From Macrostomum hystrix (taxonomy: Eukaryota > Animalia > Platyhelminthes), in NCBI GenBank assembly GCA_950097015.1, contig CATNEN010000007.1, positions 4,836,001 to 4,900,000 on the forward strand: 64,000 bases of DNA. The letters run 5' to 3'. Positions 1-12,329 of the stretch are shown piece after piece. Both the position numbers and the translations under genes were made by a program. Every line of letters starts with the position of its first letter. The first letter of the stretch is position 1. The notes beneath the pieces were generated by a model. The model saw only the letters and a list, made by a program, of their open reading frames with translations, searched no databases and had not been told where the DNA came from.

Positions 1-1497
1 AGCGTCTCCCGGATGTGATTGGTGAGCTGCTGGTTCAGGCAGCGCTGCAGGTAGGAGGTGCCCATCCGCTCGGCCATGTGCCGGTAGGCCGGGTGGGACA
101 GAAAGAACTTGCGCTCGGCCGCCATGGCTGCGCCGATGTCCTTCTTGCCTTCGATATCCTTCTGCGACCGATTCACGACGCCGATGTAGCCGCGGCGCAG
201 CGGCAGGAGGCGATTCTCCAGGATGTCGCGCGCGTCCGTGCCCTGGTCCATCAGGTCCAGCTTGGTGATCACGCCAATGGTGCGCGTACCGCTGGGGTCC
301 ACCTTGAGTGAGGGGGAAGAGGGTGGGATCCCGGGCTCAGGTGCTGTGAAATATTTGGGATATTCTGAAAGGGAATAGCAGAAAGCAGAGAGGATTGCTG
401 ATCTAATGGGAGTACCTGGGAAAACAGATCTCGCAGACTCACCTCCTTGGCAATCTTGAGAGCGTCGCTATTAGCCAAGTCGGAGTTGGCCGGACTCACA
501 GCCAGGATGAGGCAGTTGTCCTTGGAAACAAACTCCAAAATCATTGCTCTGATCTGCAGCTCGATGTCCTGCGGCTGGTCGCCCACGGCCACTTTCGTCA
601 GCCCCGGCAGGTCCACCAAAGTGAGGTTGAGCACATGGGGGCTGTACACCCGCAGCATGATGGGTATGTTGGAGATGCCTTTGTTCTTGCCTGTCAGGCG
701 ATCCGTTTCATTCTCGATTTCTTGGCGCACTTCGTCGAAGTTGGTGAACCTCTTGCCGCGCAGGTGACCGAACTCCGCGTACTCTGGAGCAAAGGAATTG
801 AGTCGACAGTTTTATTCAGGCAAATCTTGCAAGCAATTCTAAAGCAACTTGAAATTCACTTGACTTTACCTGTATGGAAGTTAATCAGCTGCAGCACTAA
901 TGGTCGCCTGGTTACTATTCCAGAGCCGCGTGGGAGGAAATCTCTAAATGAATAAGGAAATTTTATTGTTAACTTTTTGCTTGACAGCTAGTCGGCATCA
1001 ACATTGTTTATTCAACTTGACTAAGTTTAATCATGCCTAACTGCTCAAAGCTTTGATGGCTTGGGATGATTGTTGATAAAACACTTGTTGTTTATTTTTC
1101 ATTATCAAGCTTAGGTGAAGAATTTCGAAGAAACAAGCTTACAATGCACTACAAACATTTTCTGGATAAGAAGAATCCTTTAAAAGTTTCTCAAAGTTTC
1201 TATTCGAAATTAAGTTGAAAGTTGTACCTATCATTTGTTACCATGGTATAAAGTGCATTAACTGTATGAAACGTATGAATATAAAAGCGTAATTTGTAAT
1301 AATTATAATCACAATACTTACTTTCCAACAAAATTTTCCAAAACGCTACTTTTTCCTGCGCTTTGGCTTCCAACAACTGCAATTTGTGGCAAGTCAAACT
1401 TATGGGCTGTGCCCGATGAAGCGCAAGCTTCTTGAAGCTTATTCATAATAAGGATAAGCTGTTCCATGCCAGCGTTTCCTCCAGCTTTGTCTGCCAT
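1..1497 (-). CDS. DNM: Dynamin GTPase, 5' part (4 exons; continues beyond the left edge)
   Basis: Exons 1497-1322, 943-870, 783-443 and 302-<1 have GT/AG ends and consistent phase. Translation: [22 protein letters not shown]...[25 protein letters not shown]|[19 protein letters not shown]...[12 protein letters not shown]...[44 protein letters not shown]. This contains the G1, G2, G3 (DLPG) and G4 (TKLD) motifs of classical dynamin. Confidence 0.95.
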
Positions 1498-2448
1498 TTT
1501 ATTCTTCTTTGAGAAGTAAATTCACTTAAAATAAATGGTAGCTGTATATGAGCAATTACTTAGATTATTCAATGTCAATTGAAACTGGAGAGCTAAAAGA
1601 AAATTTATATAGCCATATACATAAAAATATTATAATTCGCTTTACAAAGCTTGCATTCTGTCGTTTATTTCGCTGCGCATGCTCGAAAGCAGACAACTGC
1701 ACAGTGCACACCAATCACAATGATTATTCAAGTGAGTTATAAATTAAAATCATAATATTTCAGTTAGCACAATCTTTTATAAAGTTCGATGTAGAGAAAA
1801 AAGCATTTTTATTTAAACAAAAATGTATTATAAATGTTTTTCTGTGCTGTAAATTTTACCTACTAATAGTTAGTAAGTAAAAATGTAAATCCTTTGTTTT
1901 GTTTACGTTTGGCGCGAAATTTTAAGTATGAAGAAGACTTGAATTTCTGCTTGAAATTGCTAACATCTAGCTAGCAAGCCTACTTTAAGAGCCTACTTTC
2001 CCTTCCCTTCTACTGCGTATTTTTTTTCTAAATATTTTGTGCGCATCAGTTCAATCCATCAGTAAATCTGCAAAAATCACTATTTTAAAGATCTTCCGAA
2101 GAAATAATCAGTAATTTATCTAAAAACTAATTAAGTCAAGCCCTAAATCAATACCAATTAATAATAGGCCCTAGTAAAATAAATGATACACATTTAGTAA
2201 AGAATGCAATAAGTTATAATATTTCATATAGGCCTAATTTTTGTAAACAGCGACGTGTATAAATGTCAACCATAAAGTGTATGATTTATATTTTTGTATA
2301 TTTCTTTAGTAGGCCTAGCCTAGGCCTAGTGCAATTCAAATGTTGATTGGCAGTTTGCTTAGCCTTGGCTTAACTAGGCCTAGACCCCTAGCTAGTTTCA
2401 TGTTATCTATATGATGTAGCATAGACGAGTACCAATCACTATAGACAA

Positions 2449-2880
2449 GTCACTTTGGTGACAGTCATTTTGGCGACAAGTCATTTCGGTGAATTGACTT
2501 TGGTGACAAGTTTTGATCACTAGGCGACAATTGATTACAGACAATAATTATACCCGACTTGATCATAAAACATAAATCATAAATCATTGGCTGGGGCAGA
2601 GTTGGCTGGGTTAAAATTCAATTAATAAACTTGGCAGGCCTCTCACTGTAGGTGGAGAAGAATGTGAATTAAGCTAGGGGCCTATGTATAAAACTTTCAA
2701 AATACTACTGACATTAATGTATTGTTATAAAACAAATTTCATACCCATTTTAAAGTACAACTATTGCCTGTAATTAAATGGTCAACAAGTGATCATTTTG
2801 TCACCTGAGTGATCAAAACTTGTCGCCAAAGTCAATTTGCCAAAATGACTTGTCACCAAAATGACTGTTGCTAAAGTGAT
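2449..2880. mobile_element. MITE-like/foldback element with about 82-bp terminal inverted repeats
   Basis: 2449-2530 (gtcactttggtgacagtcattttggcgacaag...aggcgacaa) is the imperfect reverse complement of 2798-2880. The arms are built from short ttt(t)gg(c/t)gacaag subrepeats. The spacer is non-coding. No clear TSD. Confidence 0.6.
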
Positions 2881-3088
2881 TTGTGGCCCAAGTGATCATA
2901 GGCCTAACCCACATAGATATATAGATTATTTATATCTCAATAATTTATTAAGTAACTTAATTAATTAACTTAATTAATTATTTATTAAGAACCTAAACTA
3001 AGTCCATACCCTTTGGCTAGATAGATACACCTACTAATTTGCATATGATTTGTAGTTGCAGCCTTGTAGGTAACATTTGCATACTAAA

Positions 3089-3370
3089 CATACATGCGCA
3101 ACACCCGGCCGACCCGGCCGAACCGGCCGGGTGAAACGAGGGCCAAGCAAGGTAAGTCGCAAAAACCAATCAACCAAGCGCAAAAAAAATCAAAGGGGGG
3201 ACCAAGGGACAAAAAAGGAAGGCGTGAAGAAAAGGAAAAAGGGGAGAGAAAAAGAGAGCAAATGAGAGCAAACTAAGTCGTAAATAGAGCAATGAAACGA
3301 ACTAAGTCGCAAATGAGAGCAAAAACTAAGTCGCACGGCCGGCTAAGATTTGGGAGGTTGCGCATGTATG
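3089..3370. mobile_element. Non-autonomous hAT-type DNA transposon (MITE), 282 bp
   Basis: Perfect 14-bp TIRs: catacatgcgcaac (3089-3102) and gttgcgcatgtatg (3357-3370). Exact 8-bp flanking direct repeat atactaaa (3081-3088 and 3371-3378). Subterminal repeats ccggccg and (c)taagtcgc. An 8-bp TSD is characteristic of hAT (also P) elements. Confidence 0.85.
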
Positions 3371-4219
3371 ATACTAAAGATTTGTTTAACTATAAATGCA
3401 TATAAAAATTTCTGATAGTTTTTTGCTAGCTAATGTGATTGTGAACTAGCTAATATAGCTATGTAGCCAATATTGACACAACTAGGCTCATGTGTTGCTA
3501 TATACTATTGTTTCTTTACTAGTAGGCCTAAATTTAGTAGATATTAAATATTTCTTAGATCTAGCTAAATTTTGTTAGAAAGCATGGTAAGTACATTTAT
3601 GATTTTTTGTGAAAATGACATAGTTCTAGACTTTACTCTTTTAAGGAATGATTTATGTTTTAGATAATATTTTATTGCTAGCTTATATGCTTTTGGCTAA
3701 TTATCTATAGCTATAGTAAATGTTTCATTTCCTTTATGCTTTGGCTTGTGCTTAAAGGAATTTAAAGGCACAAGCCTTAGAGACAATCTATGAACAAAAT
3801 GAATTAATGGTACCTTGATACATCAGTAGATATTGTATACCTTTAATTTGCTAATTAGTGTTTTTTGCTTTCCATCATTCATAAATTTTAGTTAAATTTA
3901 CTACCTATGCTATGCAGTTTAGATATAAAAGTGTTACTATAATTGTGAAGTATCAAGTAAAAAAATCATAAACCTGAATTGTAAAAAAATAAGTTGATAT
4001 GTTTTCTTCAGAAAATAATTAATGGTGTTAGTATTGAATGGGTTATATATGCTATACTCATAATTATATGACAATCATAATTATAATGTTTAAATCTGAT
4101 TAGCATATTAGTTTGCAACTCTATATTTTAGCACTTGGCCACCCAGCCCTGCACATCTTGCAACTTTCTATTAGATAGAAAAAGTGTGCAGACAGAAATC
4201 AATAGATTAGAACATAGCC

Positions 4220-7200
4220 ATGGCCGACCGCAAGGCGGAGCTCGAGCGAAAGAAGGCCCAGTTGGCCGCCATGCGAGAGAAGCGCCGAATGGAGGAGCAA
4301 AAGAAGCTAACCAGCGGAGATCCCTCCACGCCTAGTCCTGGCGAAGCTGGCACCCCGAGGGATCTGCGTTTGGAGGCCGAGGAGGTGCTCAAGGATTTCG
4401 GCATCATCCCTGAGCCGCCATCAGATGCTGCATCAGCAGGCGTTGTTGGCAGTGGAGGAGGTAAAGAAGACATCTGTACATGGGTGAATTGTGACTTAAT
4501 TAAATAGGATTTTATGCAGAGAAAGAAATACCCGAAGTTCTACTACGAGTAAGATAAAATTTAGTGTGTAGCAAAAAGACATTGTAAGAAAACAGGCAGA
4601 ATGAATAGGTTGTGGAATAACTGGGGCTGTTACGAAGGACAGTGGATCCCATTCTAAGAACTGTGCGGACAGCGGAATCCAATTCTAAAAACTGAATGGA
4701 CAATGAAACCCCATTCTATGAATTGTGCATAGAGTGGAATCTTATTCTAAGATCTGTGTGAATCCCATTCTAAGAACTGTGTGAATCCGATTCTAAGATC
4801 TGTGTGAATCCCATTCTAAGAACTGTGTGAATCCGATTCTAAGATCTGTGCGAATCCCATTCTAAGATCTGTGCGAATCCCATTCTAAGATCTGTGTGAA
4901 TCCCATTCTAAGATCTGTGTGAATCCCATTCTAAGATCTGTGTGAATCCCATTCTAAGAACTGTGTGAATCCGATTCTAAGATCTGTGCGAATCCCATTC
5001 TAAGATCTGTGCGAATCCCATTCTAAGATCTGTGTGAATCCCATTCTAAGAACTGTGTGAATCCGATTCTAAGATCTGTGTGAATCCCATTCTAAGATCT
5101 GTGCGAATCCCATTCTAAGATCTGTGCGAATCCCATTCTAAGATCTGTGTGAATCCCATTCTAAGATCTGTGCGAATCCCATTCTAAGATCTGTGTGAAT
5201 CCCATTCTAAGATCTGTGTGAATCCCATTCTAAGATCTGTGCGAATCCCATTCTAAGAACTGTGTGAATCCCATTCTAAGATCTGTGCGAATCCCATTCT
5301 AAGATCTGTGTGAATCCCATTCTAAGATCTGTGTGAATCCCATTCTAAGATCTGTGTGAATCCCATTCTAAGATCTGTGTGAATCCCATTCTAAGATCTG
5401 TGTGAATCCCATTCTAAGATCTGTGCGAATCCCATTCTAAGATCTGTGTGAATCCCATTCTAAGATCTGTGTGAATCCCATTCTAAGATCTGTGTGAATC
5501 CCATTCTAAGATCTGTGTGAATCCCATTCTAAGATCTGTGTGAATCCCATTCTAAGATCTGTGTGAATCCCATTCTAAGATCTGTGCGAATCCCATTCTA
5601 AGATCTGTGTGAATCCCATTCTAAGATCTGTGCGAATCCCATTCTAAGATCTGTGTGAATCCCATTCTAAGATCTGTGCGAATCCCATTCTAAGATCTGT
5701 GTGAATCCCATTCTAAGATCTGTGCGAATCCCATTCTATGTTCCACATAGTTCACGCATCCCATTTTTTGAATCCTGATCCCGCAGCCGGCGGTCCGGAT
5801 AGTCCACGATCCAGTCCAAAGCGCGGCGACTTTGGGGGATCCAAGAAGCTGACAGTGTCCCAGGTGACGCAGACTACTGTGGTTGCCAAGGAGACGGTCA
5901 ACTATTGCAAAGAGACGCAGACCATGAACCTGGAGCCGGAGAGGGACGGTGAGTAATGGAGCACTAGGGAATTATTTATCGTTGCTTCGGTTATTTCCCA
6001 CTCAAGCTCTAATTATATTCCATTTCGCTACTAGTATAGTTTGGTATTCGTGTTGATAGAAATGCGTAATATATTACTCGCAGTAGTTTTATTTTATGGA
6101 GTAAGGTATTTCTAAACTGGCACTTTCAGCATTAACTTTGAGTTCACTTGCTGTGTATCTGCCTAGTTGGATTAACAAAAAGTACTTTGTTTCATATTTC
6201 ATATTTTCTATTAAAGGTCAGGTCGAGCGTATAATAAAAATAATGACATACTAGTATTTGCTGTAATTAACATTTTTTATTTTTGGCAATAGGCATTACC
6301 AACAAGTTGATTCTCACGCAAACAATGATCTTTTTGCCCAATTTGCACAGGTCGGTTTTCGGAGTACTACGGTAAGGTCAAGTGTTAGTCAGTCTAATTG
6401 CATAACTGTTTTATCCAGATCAATCTGATCTTGTGCCTACCCATTTGTTTTGCTAAATACGAAATGCCGCATGGCTCTGATTGCTCTGTTTTCTGTTTAA
6501 TTCTAGCTGCCCTTTTCTTTAAATGTCGTCTGTTTTTAGAAATACTGAAGTATAAAGAAAATATAGTATTTCAATTTCAATTTCCAGTGCAGAAAAATTG
6601 TTTAATTAGATGCGATAAGATATTTAGTGTTCCAAAATTTGTCTGAAAATATGTGCGTTCTTGTTTCTATTAGATAATCTGTTGTTCCTATACTTTTCAT
6701 GGACTTTTTTGTTTCACAAGTCAGTTAAAGTACATAATTCTGTGTGTAGGCCACTGATAGCAGATAAGTGTATTAAAACAAAAATGAAATAAGTCTTTTA
6801 ATTAGTCAGATTTGCTTAAAACAGGCAATTACAGGAGGGAGATGTTGTTTTTTAGCTGGTCAGAATAGAGGATAATATTAAAAAAATAGGAGACGTACAG
6901 TTATTCTGTAATTTCTCATGGTAGAAGAGTGTTTTGGTAATTTTGATCGGCACTCTGATTGGTAAGGATAAAAGGGACATGTTGCTGTTATCTGATTGGT
7001 CAGGATAAAAGGGACATGTTGCTGTTCTCTGATTGGTCAGGATAAAAGGTACATGTTGCTATTCTCTGATTGGTCAAGATAAAATGGACATGCTTCCATT
7101 CTCTGATTGGTCAGGATAGAGGGGACATGTTGCTATTCTCTGATTGGTCAGAATAGAAGGGACATGTTGCTGTTCTCTGATTGGTCAGAATAGGTCACGT

Positions 7201-10200
7201 AGCCAGATGTTATAAGCTGCATTTGCTAGGCTGATTGCTAACGGGCCGGCTTGTCCCATCTGTCTCCCTACCAGTTCTAACCTACGACGAATCCGAGCGC
7301 GAAGGCGAAGGCGTAAACGCCGCCGCCGCCCTGGCCGACGCCCAGGAGCTGGTGGCCGCCGCTGGCGGCGTAGCCGACGGTGTTGGCTCGACTGTGGCCC
7401 CGGCCGAGCCGGAGAAGCCGCGCGAACTCTCTGACGAAGAGCGACAGCAGATTCTGCTCAGCGATTCGTTTGTGCGCTTCTTTGACAAGACCGCCAGGGT
7501 AATGGAGAGGGCCCTGGCCGAGGATGTGGACATCTTCATCGACTACTCAGGCGGCTCTGGAGATACTGAGCCGGGCGAGACGGCCAAACAACAGGTAAGA
7601 ACTGATTTAGCTATTGTGCTGCGCCTCCAAGGGCTGGGACAACTGTTCAGTCCATGGACTAGGGAGGCCCACCCACCCAGATATCTAGCTCAGAGCTCTA
7701 AGCCAGGGGTCGGCAAACTTACTAGCGTGCGGGCCAAATCCAAATCCAAATCCAAATCCCGTCTAGGGATTCCAAATCCCGTCTAGGGATTCCAAATCCC
7801 GTCTAGGGATTCCAAATCCCGTCTAGGGATTCCAAATCCCGTCTAGGGATTCCAAATCCCGTCTAGGGATTCCAAATCCCGTCTAGGGATTCCAAATCCC
7901 GTCTAGGGATTCCAAATCCCGTCTAGGGATTCCAAATCCCGTCTAGGGATTCCAAATCCCGTCTAGGGATTCCAAATCCCGTCTAGGGATTCCAAATCCC
8001 GTCTAGGGATTCCAAATCCCGTCTAGGGATTCCAAATCCCGTCTAGGGATTCCAAACCACCCCTGCTCTCCTCACACTCCTTTCGCTCCAGGTGAAGCAG
8101 CAGCGCGTATTTTACGACGATCGCTGGTCCCGCAACCGGTGCGTCACCGCCCTGGACTGGTCGCCGCACTTCCCGGAGCTCTGCCTGGCAGCCTACAATG
8201 CCAATGAAGACGCGCCGCACGAGCCAGACGGAGTCGCCTGTGTTTGGAATGTGAAATTCCGCAAGGACAGTCCCGAGTTCGTGTTCCACTGCCAGTCGTC
8301 GGTGACTTCGGCGTGCTTCGCTCGCTTCCACCGCAACCTGATTGTGGGCGGCACCTACTCCGGTCAGGTGGTCCTGTGGGATAACCGCACGCCGAGGCGC
8401 ACGCCTGTCCAGCGCAGTCCGCTGAGCTCGACGGCGCACACCCAGCCGGTGCTCAGTGTCTGCGTTCTGGGCAGCGAGAATGCTCACAATCTGGTGTCAG
8501 CTAGCAGCGACGGCCGCCTCTGCACCTGGAGCCTGGACATGCTGTCGCAGCCGCAGGAGTCGCTGGATCTGACCAGGCAGAATCGCCCGGTGCCCGCCAG
8601 CTGCCTGGACTTTGCCCCCAGCGACTCGAATCATTTTGTTGTTGGCAGCGAGGATTATTCGGTCTATACCGGCTGCCGGCACGGGGCCAAGGCTGGCATT
8701 ATCGACTCTCTGGATGGGCACCAGGTCAGTTCTTTGGGATGTTATCAAGAGCTTTTTCCGAATTGAATCTTTATTCCAATTTCCGCCTTTTAGGATTTTT
8801 AGAGTTTAGCAAAGTGTTTCAGCTTGCATTCCTAAGCTTGCTTGCATTTGCTGATATACTAGAAGCAATTTAGTCACAAACTGTTGATTAAAGAAATTCA
8901 AATTGTCTTTTCAAAAAATGTCGCAGCCAATCTTTGCCTGAGCGTAGAACAAATTCATGCTCCCTTCGCACTATGCACTTCGATTTGCATAGCTGCAATT
9001 TTTACAATAAGTGTTTGGAAACTTCGAGTGCAATGGTACATTCGATTGGTGGAAATGTGAAATGTGAAATGTGAAAATCATATTAAAATTAATTTATATC
9101 ATACCGTTTTGTTGAGATTCCTGTAAGGCTCCTGAGTTAAGGAGTCAGGTGAGACTGTGATCAAAGTCAGGTGAGGCTGTGATCCCAGTCAGGTGAGGCT
9201 GTGATCCCAGTCAGGTGAGACTGTGATCCCAGTCAGGTGAGGCTGTGATCCCAGTCAGGTGAGGCTGTGATCCCAGTCAGGTGAGACTGTGATCCCAGTC
9301 AGGTGAGACTGTGATCCCAGTCAGGTGAGACTGTGATCCCAGTCAGGTGAGACTGTGATCCCAGTCAGGTGAGACTGTGATCCCAGTCAGGTGAGACTGT
9401 TATCCCAGTCAGGTGAGGCTGTGATCCCAGTCAGGTGAGGCTGTGATCCCAGTAAGTTAAGGCTGTGATCCCAGTCAGGTGAGGCTGTGATCCCAGTCAG
9501 GTGAGACTGTGATCCCAGTCAGGTGAGACTGTGATCCCAGTCAGGTGAGACTGTGATCCCAGTCAGGTGAGGCTGTGATCCCAGTCAGGTGAGGCTGTGA
9601 TCCCAGTCAGGTGAGACTGTGATCCCAGTCAGGTGAGACTGTGATCCCAGTCAGGTGAGACTGTGATCCCAGTCAGGTGAGGCTGTGATCCCAATCAGGT
9701 GAGACTGTGATCCCAGTCAGGTGAGGCGGTGATCCCAGTCAGTTGAGACTGTGATCCCAGTCAGGTGAGGCTGTGATCCCAGTCAGGTGAGACTGTGATC
9801 CCAGTCAGGTGAGACTGTGATCCCAGTCAGGTGAGGCTGTGATCCCAGTCAGGTGAGACTGTGATCCCAGTCAGGTGAGACTGTGATCCCAGTCAGGTGA
9901 GACTGTGATCCCAGTCAGGTGAGACTGTGATCCCAGTCAGGTGAGACTGTGATCCCAGTCAGGTGAGACTGTGATCCCAGTCAGGTGAGACTGTGATCCC
10001 AGTCAGGTGAATTGGAAACCTATTTAGCTAAGTTTGGAATGCCAAAGCAACCATTTTCACCGCTTTCATTGCCTAAACTCCCCCGCTCGCAGGGTCCTGT
10101 CTCTGCCGTTGCCACTCACCGCGCCACTGGCCCGGTGGACTTCGGCCAGATTGTACTCACCGCCTCCTTCGATTGGACCGTTCGGCTCTGGTCTTTGCGC

Positions 10201-10587
10201 GACCTCGGCACCGTCCACGTCTTCGAAGAGACCTCCGACTACGTCATGGATCTGTGCTGGTCGCCGGTCAACCCGGCCCTGTTCTGCGCCGCCGACGCCC
10301 TGGGCCGGCTGGACTTCTGGCACCTGAATCTGGACACAGAGCAGGCAGCAGCCAGGGCCCAGTGCAACGCAGCCGTCAATCGGTGCCGCTTCAGCGACTC
10401 CGGTCTGCTTCTAGGCGCCGGCGACCACCTGGGCCGGCTGACTGTGTTCGAGCTGGCCGACAGTCTGGCCTCGCCCCGCCAGGAGGAATGGAAACTGCTG
10501 GGCCGAACGCTGCACGAGCTCAAACAGGCAACCGCCGAGCTGGCCGCCGCTGAGCAGGAGCCGCCTGGCGTGGGACCGATTCGCTGA
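4220..10587 (+). CDS. DYNC1I: Cytoplasmic dynein 1 intermediate chain (WD40), 5 exons, about 616 aa
   Basis: Exons 4220-4460, 5787-5948, 7275-7594, 8092-8724 and 10093-10587 total 1851 nt and are phase-consistent. N-terminal coiled coil [20 protein letters not shown]; [20 protein letters not shown] light-chain-binding segment; [31 protein letters not shown]; WD40 propeller ([42 protein letters not shown]). Confidence 0.95.
4737..5737. repeat. Minisatellite, 23-bp unit gaatcccattctaagatctgtgt, about 43 copies (dynein IC intron 1)
   Basis: Tandem array directly visible; variants gtgc/gtgt and aagaac/aagatc. Confidence 0.95.
6952..7192. repeat. Minisatellite, 37-bp unit ctctgattggtcaggataaaagggacatgttgctgtt, about 6 copies (dynein IC intron 2)
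   Basis: tctgattggt recurs at 37-bp spacing (for example 6991 and 7028). Confidence 0.9.
7749..8056. repeat. Minisatellite, 20-bp unit tccaaatcccgtctagggat, about 15 copies (dynein IC intron 3)
   Basis: Near-perfect tandem array preceded by (aaatcc)n. Confidence 0.95.
9143..10010. repeat. Minisatellite, 22-bp unit agtcaggtgagactgtgatccc, about 39 copies (dynein IC intron 4)
   Basis: Tandem array directly visible; gagac/gaggc variants. Confidence 0.95.
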
Positions 10588-10699
10588 GTTTAGCCGAGAC
10601 AACCTAACTGATAGTGCTAGAGCGGTTGCGGGTTATTTGTATGCTGTTGCCCTATTCAATTAAACTACCGACTGTTCTTGAAAGTTACCGGGCCTCCAG

Positions 10700-11060
10700 G
10701 CCATGTCAGTTTCCTGGAAATCTTCGGGTTATAACCGTCGGTTAAAGTGTCAGTTTCTTAGAAATATTCCAATTTCAAGTGTCGGCTGAAATTTCGGTTA
10801 TCTAGAAATTGTCGGGTTATACCTGTCTGTTATAGTGGCAGTTTCTTAGAAAAGCTGACTTTCTATGTTGTTAAAGTCAAATTTTCTTTGAAATTTGAAA
10901 TTTTCTCTTGTGTACCTAATGGATTCGTAGTTTATTAGAAGTCATCAAATTTGAAGTGTCGATTTCTTAGAAATTGTCTAGTTTTACCTGTAAGTGTAAT
11001 TGCCAGTTTCTTGGAAATCTGATTTGTTTTTTAAGGTGAAAGTTTCTTAGAAATCGGTGG
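10700..11060. repeat. Degenerate repeat with recurring gtttcttagaaat motif downstream of the dynein IC stop
   Basis: Six TTC-nnn-GAA-containing motifs in similar context. Confidence 0.55.
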
Positions 11061-12329
11061 GCTGTCGTTTCTCATTCTTTATTTGTCTCTTCCCTAAAAG
11101 TAAATGTTGCTGGGTAGACCCTTAACAATTCAGCATGCTCTCAATCAGCTACTTACAGTAGCGAGCACGCAATTTCGAGAACAATTCAAATTCTAGAATC
11201 TAGAATACGATTTCCATTTAAGAGTTTTTGCTTTTTAGAAATTGTGAGTCTGCTTGGTGATTATTTTTGCTTAGCTGAAGCTGTCTGCTTATGGTCAGGT
11301 GTTCCTCTGTCTATTCTATATAATTTGCTATTGTTCAAATGCACTACTGTCGAACAGCTTTGTGCATTAGTAGTCTAGTGCGTGCGTTCGCACTAGATAT
11401 TCTTACTTATTGTCTGGTGGACTGCAGCTCTTATGCAATCGTCACAGTTCGGATTGAATTTAATATAATAAATGTCGCTATATTGCCCATTGAATAATAT
11501 ATTACGAGTACACAATGCATATATAAACTGCCCATTCGTATTTATTTAGCGGCGCACACGTGCTATCACTCTTCCTTCTGTGTTCGGCTTTGCCTAGCTG
11601 ATCCTGCCCCTAGTTTGGGCCGTTTTAGTTCGTACTAATCCAGATGACACTGATTACATAATCAAATACACCGCCTAATTGAGAATATTCTCTGGCCCTG
11701 CGCGCCTGCTGCAAATCTCATTGTTGAAAGCTACTCAATTTGATTGCGCTACGCTTATATAGTATTCTTATCAAATCATTGTCTTTTCTGAGGAACCAGA
11801 AACTCAGGTGCACAACACGGAGCAGTGTATAACAGTTTCTAAGAAAAGTTTTGCTCTTTTAGTACTTTTAGTACGGATCTAGTAAAAATTTATCGGCTGG
11901 ATAATTATTGAAAATTGTGCCAATATAGTTAGTCTATGCTAAAACTTGTAGAAAAGAGGTATTATATCCTAGATACAGTAGAAAGACAACTGTAGATATG
12001 GCCACAACCATTGTATTCCCTATACGTTCACACCTGTCTATTTCTACCCCAGCCAATACTGGCAACTATTTGTTCAATACCAGCCGACCGAATCGAATAC
12101 AATTTGGTATCGACAAAATTCCTCCATTATCACCCTGAAGTTCGAAACGCAGACCTTCAAGTTTAGGAGTACTACTAGGCTCTGAGCAATGAGATACTGA
12201 CTCCCTTGGGCTCCCTCGAAGGTTGGGGTTCGATTCCCGACTCCACTGGAACAATTTAGGCTGTACATAGGCTGTGCGTAGCCTTCAGATTCCAATGCAC
12301 ATCAGGCACAATTGGGTCAGGTGTATTCA

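Noticed and set aside
2160-2400. Repeated taggccta palindromes
   Set aside because: A low-complexity motif scattered through AT-rich regions (also near 3520 and 63260), with no defined structure.
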